Assembly: GCA_965178125.1 (NCBI GenBank)
Contig: OZ237750.1
Span: 496,001 to 560,000 of the forward strand
Direction of reading: 5' to 3'
Origin: Bilabrum cf. latius
Taxonomy: Eukaryota
DNA: 64,000 nucleotides
The position numbers and the translations under genes were made by a program. The notes below the pieces were generated by a model. That model saw only the letters and a list, made by a program, of their open reading frames with translations, had not been told where the DNA came from and ran no database searches. Shown here piece after piece: positions 1-12,012 of the stretch. The stretch's first letter is position 1. Each line of letters begins with the position of its first letter.

Positions 1-1
1 C

Positions 2-1723
2 AATTTGATCCAGCAAAGGTTCAAGTCGGTGTCGGCTCAATCAAGGGCAGAGCAGACAGAGCCACTGGCTGCGGCAGGATCCACTCATCCCGTGGCATTG
101 CCGAGCAACGGCCGCGCAACCAACTCTGCCGCCAGCTCACAAGCAGCCGGCACTGCCCGGTCTAGCCCCGGGCAGCTCGGCGTCCTCTCTCCCATCGTGG
201 GTCAGTAGAGGCTGAGTTCGCCTGACAGCATTCGAAGCGCCAGGAGCGACAGGTCACCGCTGCAACCATCGCAGCGCTCGTTGTCCCCGACAGGACACGC
301 CGCCGGCCTACCTGGTCTCGCGAGCTTGTCTGGGAGCACTGCCGGTCCAGATGTTGCAGCTGATAGTCATGGCGCGATTCGAGTGGACGAATCAGGGTCT
401 GCATCACCCACGCTCGCGACTGATGGCGCGCACGCCAGCCCCCAGATTGGCGGGGGTCGAGTGATGGCAGCCCGGTCGCCTGCGCTGTCATCAACGTCCT
501 CATTCAGGCGAGGGCGCAGAGGACCTGTCGCCGCAATCCGACTGGACAAACCGCGAGCTCTTCCGCGGTTGCAGACAACATCGTTCAATAGAACTCCCAG
601 GGGTGCCGGTTTAGCCGGCGGGTCCGTCGGTGGGAGCATTGAGGCTGCCAAGAAATCTCCGCAGCACGCATCTTCTCCAAGCCTCATCCGAGCTGCATCG
701 TTTTCGCTGCCAAGTGCTCCTGCAATCATTGCGAAGACCAAGCCTAAGATGTTTGGCATGTCGTTTGACGCCTCTCAATTCGAACAGTCCGCCCCAGGCA
801 AGGGCTCGAGGAGCTAGTGGGGCGCCATGCCAGGCAGGCTAGGGTCCATCGGCAGGCAGCGAGAGCCGGACGGTGACATCAAAAAGGAAAAGGCTTCCGA
901 GCTGCTCGGTGAGGAGACCCCGGATGACAAGGCTCCGATGCCAGGCGTGGTCACGGGAAGGATGTCGGGCATGGGTGGTTCGATGCGTGGCCGGATGATC
1001 GGGGAGGCGGCAGCAAGAGGGCGGCTTGGCATGGGCAGATCAGAAACCGATGCGTTCACGAGAGGCTCTCCAGTGCAGACGACAAGGATTAGGAAAGGCG
1101 GCGCTGTTGGGGTCGGCAGTCCGGGCATCCGATCTGTAATTAGTCTGGCGCGCCAGGAATCAGACGACTCTCTAGGCACTGCGGGGACTCGGAAACAGTC
1201 AGGATTCTCGCCTGCGCAGGGCAGCCCGCTCTCTCCGAACATGGGGAGCAGGGCAAGGCCATCAGCCCGAAGTATGGAAAGCCCGTCAAGTGCGGGGTTG
1301 CTTTCGCCGATTCGCGGAAGTCTTGGCTCACCTGGCATTACAGCCAGAGCGGGAACCAGCCCGGTGTCTGCAGCAGGATCAGGATCCCATGTTGCGCAAA
1401 GCCCAACAACAGGCCGAACGTTCGCCAGCCAATCTCCGCAGAAGCATGGCTATTTCCCTGCCAGAGATAGCAGCACAGCACATAGCCCTGGATCTGGTCA
1501 GCACTTAGCTGCCCTTGGTACTGGAAGCCTCCACCGCCGCAATGGTTCACCTTCATCCGTGAGGAGCGGTTCCACTGGCTCTCCATATGGCACAGAACGG
1601 AGACAACTTCCAGGATATGTTGGTGCGGTTAAAGTACCGCCTGCACTACAGCACGGGCTGAGACGGTTCCCGGGAGGGGCTTGCGCGGGCAGTACGCTGG
1701 CTGCCAGTAGACAAGGCACGTGA
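2..1723 (+). CDS. 3' part of an uncharacterised Ser/Gly/Pro-rich, probably disordered protein (5'-truncated by the window edge)
   Basis: ORFs 5..208, 281..817 and 827..1723 are one frame joined by TAG at 206-208 and 815-817. It ends TGA, immediately followed by TAA. No recognisable domain. Confidence 0.7.
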
Positions 1724-1831
1724 TAAGGCTAGAAGTCATTGGACGGACACGGTCTGACGGTGCACGCGGCCTCTGCATGGTTGATTGAGTACAGAAAACA
1801 ATAGTGTGTTCCTTAATTGGCAGTGATTATA

Positions 1832-1859
1832 TCCGTGACCCTGCCCTAAATCCGTACAT
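1832..1859 (+). repeat. Left terminal inverted repeat; core AAATCCGTACAT repeated at 1887-1898
   Basis: Direct reading; exact reverse complement of 3834-3861. Confidence 0.95.
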
Positions 1860-2077
1860 CCAAAATGTGACGAGTACGTCGGATACAAATCCGTACATCG
1901 AGCTTTACAGGTACAATCAGCAGCAATTAATTGAAGTTAGAGGAAAGTAAGACTTGGATTGAGAGCACAGATAAGATATTCATTCCGTGGGTAGCACAAA
2001 TACACGAAGCTCTCATGATTGGCACCGAAAGGCTGCAGCCAAAAATGGGTGTGCAAACGGCAGCCCGAAGTTATGTA

Positions 2078-3138
2078 ATGGTTACGCCAAAGGTATTCAA
2101 AGTCAAGAAAACCTACCATGCAGATGATTACTTATCGTATCTTCGACGTATTGATGCTAAATAAGGCACATATGGAGGGTTGAACCAGGAGCAGATCGCA
2201 CGAAAGCATTTCGGTCGACATGTAGCCCGATCTACATTTCAAAGTTGGGTGGCCAAAAGGAAAGCTATTCAAAACCAAGGCCCACATGTGGATGCTAGAC
2301 TATTCCTGTAACCAGCTACCGAATCATTTTTTGTGGAAACCATCGTATAGTGTGGACTTACTCGCGATGCCCTGCCAGTCAAATTTATCTGAGAACTTGC
2401 ATGTCGCCTTGCTCAGCTGCAACGAGGAAATGGGCATGCGTAACTTGCCTTGAAGAAGTGGACGCAAACGTTCCTTCGCCGGATGACAAAGGCTGGCAAG
2501 CTCCGCGGCGTGAAAGAGGAGCAAGCCGCTGCTAGGCGTAGGTTCGGTGACACACCCTGCCAGTGGGGGAGGAGTCCCTCCCCGGGCTCGTTGCAAGCGT
2601 CATGCGAGGGGCTTTGATAGGGCAAGACAAAATCAGGAAAGGTTTTCGGGACAATGGCGTGTTCCCGCCCTCCCCTGAAACCAATTTCCCTCACGCAGAC
2701 TACGTGTCATCCGAGACGTCCGGCACTCGCACGGCCAACCTGGAACAGCTCTTTGCTCCGGTTGTAGCTAGTGTAGGAGACATTCCTGTAGGCACTGAAG
2801 GGGTCGCATCAAGCATGGTTATCATCAACATTAGCTGAAGCCGCAAGCTCCAGTTCCACGGCACGCACTTCATCAAGCTCAAGCTCCTCTGCCAGTGCGG
2901 CTGCCAGCAGTGGAGGCGAGACCCCCCCCCCCCCACGCCTGCACTGCTGCTCCAGCTGGAGCAGCAGTGCCAACAGACCATAGCGCTGAGAGCCACCCAG
3001 GATACAAAAGATGAATTCAGGGCTTCTCTTCTCCGGGGGAAGCTTCTCTCAAGTCAGGGTACCGGGAAGCGAGGGCGGCTAACCTAGGCTAGCTTAGCCG
3101 CAAGCAAGGCCACTGGCCTGTACGCTGCAGCTGCATAA
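2078..3138 (+). pseudogene. Degenerate pogo/CENP-B-like transposase remnant
   Basis: HTH-like segment GLNQEQIARKHFGRHVARSTFQSWVAKRK follows an in-frame TAA at 2162-2164. KIRKGFRDNGVFP (~2630-2670) resembles the IxxGFxxxGIxP end of pogo DDE domains. Frameshifts and stops are present and most of the DDE core appears deleted. Confidence 0.55.
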
Positions 3139-3833
3139 TCCCCGGAAAAGCAGCCGAGGAGAGCCACACTAGCTGTTAATACCAGTAAGGGGGTGACGAC
3201 GGGATAGCGTGTCCGATTACTTGGCGTGGGCGGCACAGTTGCCAAGCTGCGCGAGAGCAGCGATATTTAGCTAGTGCTGTAGGCTAACCACAACCGCTGC
3301 AAAGATTGCCAAGTGTGAGCGGAAATCCTAAACTACAACAAAAACGTGACAACGCGTCCATGTACGGGGCGTGATGCACGTTTGAGGTCACTAAGGAGAT
3401 GAAATCGAAGCTAAAGAAGGCCGTGGGCAGTCGGGCGAAAGGGGCCAAGATCTGCGCCTAGATTTATGAGCGGCATGCAGTTCAATTGCCAAACTAACCA
3501 GATAAATTGAATAATAACTGCTTACATTATATATGTTTCTCATTTAAATGCAGTATGCCTGACTATGACCGCCCATAACGTGATCAAAAGTTTATGTACG
3601 GATTTATGGGCGTCAATCGTCACATCGATGCCGTGGCCCCCAGGGACGGCAGACCCTCCGTTTCAACCACCCACTGCTCAGTTAATATACATAACTATGC
3701 TCTGCGCGCTTTGTCACGGCGAATAAAGTGTATAGTCGTCCTATATCTGGTATTAAAACTGTCATACGCTTGCGTGGTATGAACGTTCGTGGTGGGTTCA
3801 TTTTGTCAATACGCGAATATGAAGATAAAAAGT

Positions 3834-3861
3834 ATGTACGGATTTAGGGCAGGGTCACGGA
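3834..3861 (-). repeat. Right terminal inverted repeat; internal copy of core ATGTACGGATTT at 3594-3605
   Basis: Direct reading. Confidence 0.95.
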
Positions 3862-4028
3862 TACTTATGTGGCGTTCAACACGGCGCAACCGATCCTCGT
3901 CCCAAGTACCCAGTGCATGGCTTGCAAACAAACGTGACTAGGTCGTGAACCGACGACTGGGGCTATGCTTGGTTGGCTCTGTCCCCTGGTGGGCTCAAAC
4001 GTGGACATTACTTGCCCCAACTTCTAGC

Positions 4029-7000
4029 TCACTGCTTGCCTCGACCACCTCTGGCTCCAGCGGCCAGGGCCGGTGGGCGTCCACCAGCAAGGGCCGCTGG
4101 CCGCCCCATCTCCATCGCAGACGCGAGCGATCCTGACCCTGATGTAAGCACACCGAGCGGATTCGCCACACCAGAGCCTTGCACGCGTTCATTGAGCCGT
4201 CTTGAAGAAGGGCTCGCAATTGATGACGCAGCTGCCATTGCGAGTGCCGCTGCAGCCGGCTGCCCACCCTGCATGTCGTTGGCGTGCACAACAGCACCGC
4301 TTTCTACTTTGGCTGCGCTAGCTTTGGCGAGGCGCGCTGCAGCTTCAGATGGTACAGCGTATTCTAGGTACCAGAAGTACCTAAATGCACCAAACCAGCC
4401 CAGCTCCACCAACAGCAGCACGACAACGAGCGGCGCGGGACTGATACCGCCCTGCGCTGATATCAGGGCGGCTCCAAGCAGCATCGACAGAAAGGCCATC
4501 CCGAGCACAACGTACCCACCCAGCTTGTGCCAATATTCCCACGCTGCTCTCCAGAAAGGAACCTACTCGCCAGCGGCGGGCTTCTTTGGCCGCAGCAATG
4601 CATTGATTGGCTAGGCCATGGCTGCCAACCAAACAAGGAGACCAAGGATTCCGTGCCCGGTGCGGAACTACGAGTAGCGGCTCACGGAAGCAACTCCAAT
4701 AATGAACGCTAGCAGCTGCGACACAGCAGAGGCATAGTTCAGCACCTGATGCCACCTGAACCAAAATGGAATCACGTCGCTGCTCGCCTTCAAAGCTGAC
4801 TTGTCAACTCCAAGATCAAGGGAAGGCCCGCTGCTCGACTTAGCCCCAACCACTCCGGCATCCCTCACTGGCACAGGAGGAGGTGGTGGGATACTGGCTG
4901 CTGAGCTGCTAGCGTCCTGGAGCCGTGCGACTGAAATACGGGTGGCAGCAGCGGCGGCTGGCGGGGCTCCAGGCGCTCCCGGGAGAGGTGCGACAACCTA
5001 TCGTTCGGCCACTTGGGATTTCTCGAGCTTGGCCTGCTCTGCTGCTTCCTCAAGCATGAGCTTCGCCGCGATGTCGTCCTAGTCGCTGGCAGTGAGCCGC
5101 TTCTCGGCTGCCTTGGCCTCCTGCTTGAACTCCTCCGCCGCTGCCTCGCCTAGCATGGAGACAAGCTCCGCGTGTGACATCTAAGGCCTACCTTGCTGGC
5201 GGCTGGTCTAGCCCGAAACCGTATTTTCTGGCTCGTACTAGCGGAAAAACCTTGCGATGATCACGGCAGCCGGGGTCAGGATTCCCCAAGCGAGAAACAT
5301 GAAGAATGCGTGGGCTACCTTGGCAGGTCGCCAGCCGGACACGGGCTTGGCTTCTCCAGTGTATAAGTCGACCGTGTAGCTTCCACGTCCAGTGGGACCG
5401 TGGTAGGACGAGGCAGAGATATCATACTTTCCGGCGGGTGCGCGCGACCAGAGGACAAAGAGGTCTCCGTCCTGCAGCGTCTATGGCAGCGAGTATGCCC
5501 CCGTGTTCTCCTGCTGCAAGCGACGCGAGAAGTCCAACACAAGGCCGTCGCTTGCTCTCGGCTGCTGTAGGCGGCGCTGCATGCTTCCATCGGCAAGAGC
5601 TGAGCCGTTGTTGCTCTGCTCCCGCAGATACCTCGCGGTTGTCACGAGTGAGGATCTCCTGCGCAGGCCCTACGGCGGACCAGCGTTGGAGAGGAGGTCC
5701 CATTCTTGGACTGCGATGTTACTAGTGGCACCTTGAGGGTCAACCACCACGGCCCAGGCGCCTTGCATGTCGCGGTTAGGTCCGAATGCGACCGCGGACC
5801 ACCTGTCTTCATCGGCTAATAGCAGTCTCGCGTGCAGGTACTGGGCTTCTTGCTTAGTGACAAGACCGCCGGTCGCAGCTTGAGCCTGTGCCAGCGATGG
5901 ACGTGGCTCCGATGACAAGAACCAACGCATTGTCATTCCATTGGCGAGGTCGACGGCGAAAGGGAAGAGCTCGTCTGGGATATCCGCACCAGAGGCAGGC
6001 CCGTCAGACCGAGTGAGGCCCGTAACCAGGAATGACGAGGGATCAATCTTGCTAGTGTATTTGTCACTGTTGTCATAAAGCGCCGATGAAGTGTCCCTGA
6101 TCAGTTCTTCGAGACGACGTGCCCGCGCATAGACAGTCTGGAAGTTGTCCTCGTCACCCGGGACTATGTCAATCTCTATCTCTATTTCCACTGCGGACAG
6201 GCCATCAGATCCCACAGTTTTCTTTGCTACGCTACCGACCAGGATTTGCTCGCTTGCAACGCCAAGGGCTGAAGCTATGGTCGCTCCGAGGTCCTGTTTG
6301 AACCCAGCAAGGTCTCCCGAGATGGAGGTGTAGCTCACGCCGTGTAGTCGCAAGCGCGCATTCACCACCGGCGGCGATACGTCACCGCTCGTCCCGTTGG
6401 CACTCGGGAATTCGCAAGTGCTCACTCCGTTGATTATACTCCTGGATACAAATCCAGGCGCGCAATCTCTGCACCCGTCACCGTCGTATCCCACGTTACA
6501 GGAGCACGACAAGGGGTCTGCACCAGGCACGACGTCCTGGATGCATACACCGCGGTCGCTGCAAACAGTATCCGCTCTGCAGTTCGCTGGCCGCATCAGC
6601 GTGATGCTAAATGCGCCCGAATCAAAGTGCTGTGCGGGCTGTCCCTGCGTTGTCATGAGCCCCATGGCGTAAATGAAGTCGGTCTGCACGCCGGGCGTGA
6701 GATCCACGTCGATGTCCTCGTCCACCTTCTTCGTCAGCCTGCGGCGAAAGTGGAACAGCCGGTCTGTCCCAGCAAGAGAAGCATTCGAAGTCAGCCTCGG
6801 CGGCCCAGAGTACCTCACGTTCTCATCCATGGCGGCGGGTGTCGGCGCTCTAGACACGCCGGGCTGTCCGCTGCCGATCATCTCAAGCTCCCAGGCCGAG
6901 ACCACGCCACCGTTCAAGTCTCCCACTACTGCAAGGCCAGTCTCAGCCCCGATCATCCGGCCGTCTCGAGATGGCGCCACTGCGATGTACCCCGCAGGCT

Positions 7001-9833
7001 GCAGCGCCCCTTCGTCTGCAAGGCGCTCGAGCTGCATGCGGACGAATAGATCGGCACCTCCGTTCTCCTCCACGTACTCTGCGTCCACAATCTGACCCGC
7101 CACTGTCTCAACTTGCCATCTGATTCTCAGGTCCTGCGCGATGTCCTTCACTTGCTTCGTAGGGAACTCGAATGCGGCAAGGCTGACATTGGAGCGCGGG
7201 TCCTGCGGCAGCTGGACGACTACAGGCTGCAGCTGTGAGGGCAGACGGAGCCCGTCGGTGCTTTGGAGCCGCTGGTCGTTGCCACCAGCATCCCTCTTTA
7301 CAGATACTTCCACCTATTCCACCCCAAGAAGCAGCCCCTCAAGCTGAAGCTCGAACTGCAGCGCGATGCCTGCTTGGCCGGCTGGCGGGTTTGCCAGCCA
7401 GCTTTTGAGCATCGCTGGCCGCTCGTTGGCTGGAGCTAGCCCCTCGTTAGGAATCCAGCGCACCTCAAAAGCAAGTTTTGCATCGAATGCTTCACCATCA
7501 GCCGGAGCTAGCGCCTCGGAGTAGTCGATACGCACTCGAGCGACATCATTCTTGTCGACTGGGATGTCCGCAGCGACCTCTGTGCCTCTGGGCGGATCCA
7601 CAAAGTACGCCCCCATAATGTACGGCGTGGCTGACAGGCCAAGCGTCACGGGACTTTCAGGGTCATATACGTCCTCACCCTGTGAATCGACGAGGCTCTG
7701 CGTCTCTGCAAGCTGCACCCGCACGGACTCGTCCCCTAGCTGGACCCCCTCGAGAGCGATCGGGATCACCACCTCATTGGACAGCGAGCCCGCACGTGTG
7801 CTTGAGAGAGCCATCGTCAAGTTTGAGCCGTTTAGCAGCGTCACGTTGAACTGCGATATGTCTGGCAAACCGCCAGCTTGGGTCACGTCCCGGGCGAAGG
7901 ACACGGTGATGGCTGTGTTTGCAGCGTTGATGGAGGCAGAGAACGTCGTGGCAGCCAGAAGGCGAGCCACCGGAAGCGGGTCAGGATTCAGAACGATCGC
8001 ACCGCTCTGATCCTCTACATTTCCCTGAATTAGACTCACGGTGACGGCCTCAAATCCGTTCGTCGGCCCTTCCAGTCGCAGCTGGAGGTCCCAGTTGGAC
8101 CCGTCGTCGAAGGGGACAGGGGAGCGAGTGACCGTGAAGGTCTGCAGGTAGATCGACCGCCCACCGTTCATAACGACCCTGAAGCTGGTCGCATCGAGGT
8201 CGTCCCCAGATCCTGCTTTCTTCACGGGGGACTGAAAGGTAACCCTGATGACGTCTGTCGCGTTGGCCTCGCACCTGAACCCAGTCTGCTTGCGGAGGGC
8301 GACGGTCGTAGGGGACTCTGGTGGAGGCACTATATTTCCATTGTAGTCCATGACGGCCTAATTTGCCACGTCCACCTCAAGCACTTCGTCGCCTGTCGCC
8401 AGGCCGTTCAGGTTGGGCCGGATGCTGTAGGCTGAGCCGCTGGGAACTACCCCGGTTGCCACGTCAACGGTGAAGCCAAGCAGCGGCGATCCACGGTATC
8501 CGGGCACTGGCCCCACGCTGAAGCTAGACTTCACCAAGAAATCCTCCCCATTGGAAGCTGCAGTGCCCACGATATCCGTGAACTGGACGAGGATCGTGTC
8601 ATCTGGCTGCAGGGCCGCTGTGTATGTGGCAGTCCCGTTCAGCTCAGACTGGAAGCCTTGCTACGGGGGAATGAGTTCCACGCTGAATTGGTTCACGCAC
8701 TTGCCCGCGGCGATATTCATGCTCGCAGTCTCTGTGCCGTCGGGAGCGGGATTAAATTGAGGCCGGATGGTGTAGACTGCGAAATCGTCCGACACATCGA
8801 TCTGCAGCCCCGTCAGGTTTGCCGTGCCGCCAGACACCGCAAACACAAAATCTGAGGGTCCGAGCGCCAAAGACTCGTCTGTTTTCTGGTAAACTGGCCC
8901 TGAGAATTCAACGACAAATGCGTTGCCTCTGCCGGCGGCCCGGAAATCGATGTCAGTCGCTGGGATGAGGTTTGACTGGAATGGGAATCCGGGTGGTATC
9001 CTGGTCCCGGTCGTGATGTCTTCGATCTTATCTTCCACAACGTCAATCGACACGATTTCGGATCCGTCGGGTTCTCCATCGAGGACCAGAACGACCCTGA
9101 ATTCGGAGTCGAGTGTAGTCGTGGCCACAGAGTAGGAGGTGAGCGTTGCAACCCCGCCAGCAAGCGACACAGCAAACGATGAGTCATCCAGCTGGCCCCC
9201 TCCCACCGCTCTCACATCGCCAAAGAAGTGGACTAGAACTGAGTTGTCTCCCCTAACTTCGATCTCCCTGATTCCGACGCCCGCACCTCCAGCTGACCCC
9301 TCCACCACTGTGGTTGACAAGGTACGGAAGCCTCCACCCGTGACCAGGTACGCGATGAATTCAATGTCACCAGTTCCTGCATCTGGAACATCCCAAATTC
9401 CTGTTGCTTCTGAGTATGAACCGCTGCTCGAATGCGTGATGCCGTTGCAGTCAGAGTCCTACAGCCCGACGGCACCGCTCTCGGCAGAAAGATCACCCGC
9501 CTCAGTGATGGAGCTTGGCGTGATCGACTAGCCAGTGTGTCCAAAGGCAAACAATCCATTGAATGCATCTGTTTCTCCCGAGTTTCGCCGGATGCACAGG
9601 GTGTACTGCACCTCCGAAGCGTTCCAATTAGTTGTGCGCAGCGTGCATTCGCTGTCTTCAGCAAGGTACAGCTAGAATTTCCCATCATCACCAAGACTAG
9701 TAGAATGCTTTGGCTAGTCCGCCGGAGTGTCCGCGCAAGACCCACTCTGTCCGTTGAAGCCAGTCGGATACGCAAGTGTGGCGGTAGAGACAATCACTGC
9801 AGCAGCCACAGAGAAGGCAAACCTTTGTCCCAT
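4029..9833 (-). CDS. FRRS1/SDR2-like ferric-chelate reductase, ~1,934 aa: signal peptide, Reeler, ~6 Ig-like repeats, DOMON, EGF, DOMON, cytochrome b561
   Basis: One intron-less frame from ATG 9833 (alternative in-frame ATG 9842) to TGA 4029, broken only by TAG. Reeler motifs AYPTG...C...H and CNGITH...W..P...G.IEF.A; DOMON motif FIYAMG...QH; EGF CSDRGVC...CSCNVGYDGDGC; b561 haem His motifs HAFFMFLAWG, WFRWHQ, HGILG and WEYWHKLGG. Confidence 0.85.
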
Positions 9834-10027
9834 GCAATCCATAAGAAACGGCACCGAACCCCACTGAAGCTGCAAATACTTTTAATATCCCAATTCTGTG
9901 CTCAAATCCTGTTATGGATCAGGCAGGAGGACGGTGCACCGTCACGTCTCGGACTCATGCTCTACTCTTGTAGCGTGCAATAAAACAAATACAGATTGGG
10001 CCGCCGAACTGCAACAGCATTTTTGCC

Positions 10028-11854
10028 ATGCTCTCGAAGGTATTCGCGATAGCTGCATACGCTGGATGTGTACAGCTGTGCGCCTCATCCATTATCTCGG
10101 ATCGAATGCGTGATGCTGCGAAGAAGATTAAAGACAAGTCTCTAGAACGAGCTGCAAGCCAAAACGACACTGCTTGGGACCGACTGGCAGAGGTTGTGGA
10201 CACGTTCGGCCCGCGATTTAGCGGTTCTGATGCGCTGGAAAGCGCTTTGGACTGGTTCGTTGCAAGCATGCAAGCAGATGGCTTGAATGTCACTTCTGAG
10301 CCCGTCAGCATCCCTCACTGGATCCGTGGAGCTGAGTCCTTGCAAATGCTGGCGCCTCGACCACAAAAATTGCATATGGTGGGACTAGGAGGGTCTGCGG
10401 GGACTGGTGGAACTCCGCTCGAGGCAGAAGTTGAGGTGTTTGCATCCTTTGATGAGTTCGAGCAGAAGATCCAGGCGAACCCTGACCTAGTTCAAGGCAA
10501 GATGGTCCTGTGGAATGCGCCGTTTGTGACGTACGGTGAGACAGTAGCCTATCGTAGCCAAGGAGGCGTGAAAATCAAGCCACACGGAGGTGTGGCAAGC
10601 CTCGTGCGATCGATCGGCCCCTACAGCATGCAATCGCCGCACACTGGCGGCACCGCCAACGTCTCCGGGATCCCCTAGGCAGCAGTCTCTCTTGAAGATG
10701 CTGGTCTCATCGCCAGAATGCGCGCTCGTGGGTAGACTGTTCGACTGAGCCTCAGCATGGGAGCGCACTGGATGCCAGAGCGCATGTCTCGCAACCTCAT
10801 CATCACAATCCCTGGGTCGGAGCTGCCTGACGAGTACGTCGTGTTTGGCGGGCACAGCGACTCGTGGGACATTGCACCTGGCGCGATGGATGATGGCGGG
10901 GGTGTCGTATCCACTTGGGAAGCCATGCGGCTCCTGCACGAGCTGGACCTCAAGCCGAAGCGGAGCATCCTGGGAGTGTTCTGGGTGAACGAGGAGAACG
11001 GGGCTAGGGGAGGTAGCGCGTTCGCCAAGGCCATGGGGGAGAGGCTTGATAGCGTCACAATGGCCATCGAAACTGACATCGGCGCCTTCACTCCGTTTGG
11101 ACTGGGCGTGTCTGCCGACGCCGAAGCCACTGAGACAATGCGACAGCTGGCTCCGCTCTTGGACCCAATCAACGCGAGCGAGGTCAGGATCGGAGGGGAG
11201 GGCACCGACATTGAGCCCACCTGCGCGAAGGGTGTTCCCTGCGCCTCCGTCCTCGTCGTGGACCCGCGTCTCTCGTTGCGACCCAACAACCCATGCCTCA
11301 TGCCCGTGCAGGCTGCTCTCACTGCTGGAGGCGTCCCCGACGTGCAGTCCGTCCCCGGGGCCTCGTACTATTACGACGCGGGGTACTTCTGGTACCACCA
11401 CACTGAGTCTGACACGCCCGACAAGATGGACGTGCAGGAGCTGCAGCTAGTCGCTGCGACGCTCGCCACCTGGGGGTATGCCCTTGCGGATGCTCCCGAT
11501 CTGCTGCACAGAGGCGGCGAGGAGCCCACCCCGACACCCGAGCCGCCAGCTCCCACGCCCTACGCAAACCGGCTTGGGTGTGGTGAGGACGACCAGCAGC
11601 GAGCAAAGATGCTGAGCAGCGCGGTCATCGCCCTCAGCCTCGTGTGCGTTGGGCTTGCCTGCGGGCTCGTGGGCGTCCTCGTGTGGTTTCGGATGTCTTC
11701 GAACGGTTACAGGAGTCCGATGGCAGTGCAGCTGCACGACACAGATGGTAGTGGGAACATGCCGGCCACGTCATCATCTATGGCAGGCACGGATGGGGCC
11801 GGTGCTACTGGTATGGACAGTAGTTCGTCCGCACACGAGTTCACGCAGTTCTGA
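10028..11854 (+). CDS. CPQ: Carboxypeptidase Q (M28, PA domain) with a C-terminal transmembrane helix, 608 aa
   Basis: Signal peptide; DTFGPRFSGS, HWIRG, LGLGGS-like, SPHTG, GGHSDSWD, GAMDDGGG, NEENG and YFWYHHTESD motifs. ORFs 10028..10678 and 10757..11854 are joined by TAG at 10676-10678 and 10733-10735. Ends TGA. Confidence 0.92.
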
Positions 11855-12012
11855 GCGCTTGCCTGGTGAGACGTGCCAGTGGGCGATCGGTGGAATGGTC
11901 CACGGTATGGATCAGACTTGCAGTTAGGTGCAGCTTATTCATGCTATTGGACGGAGTGCTTGCATTTATTTGGTTTGCTTGTTTGGTCCAAAGTGTCCAT
12001 TTTAATCTCTTG

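Larger units (their letters stand above)
1832..3861. mobile_element. Non-autonomous/decayed Tc1-mariner superfamily (pogo/Tigger-like) DNA transposon, 2,030 bp
   Basis: Perfect 28-bp inverted repeats (TCCGTGACCCTGCCCTAAATCCGTACAT at 1832-1859; reverse complement at 3834-3861) flanked by TA on both sides (1830-1831, 3862-3863). Interior is more AT-rich than the genes and holds transposase remnants. Confidence 0.9.
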
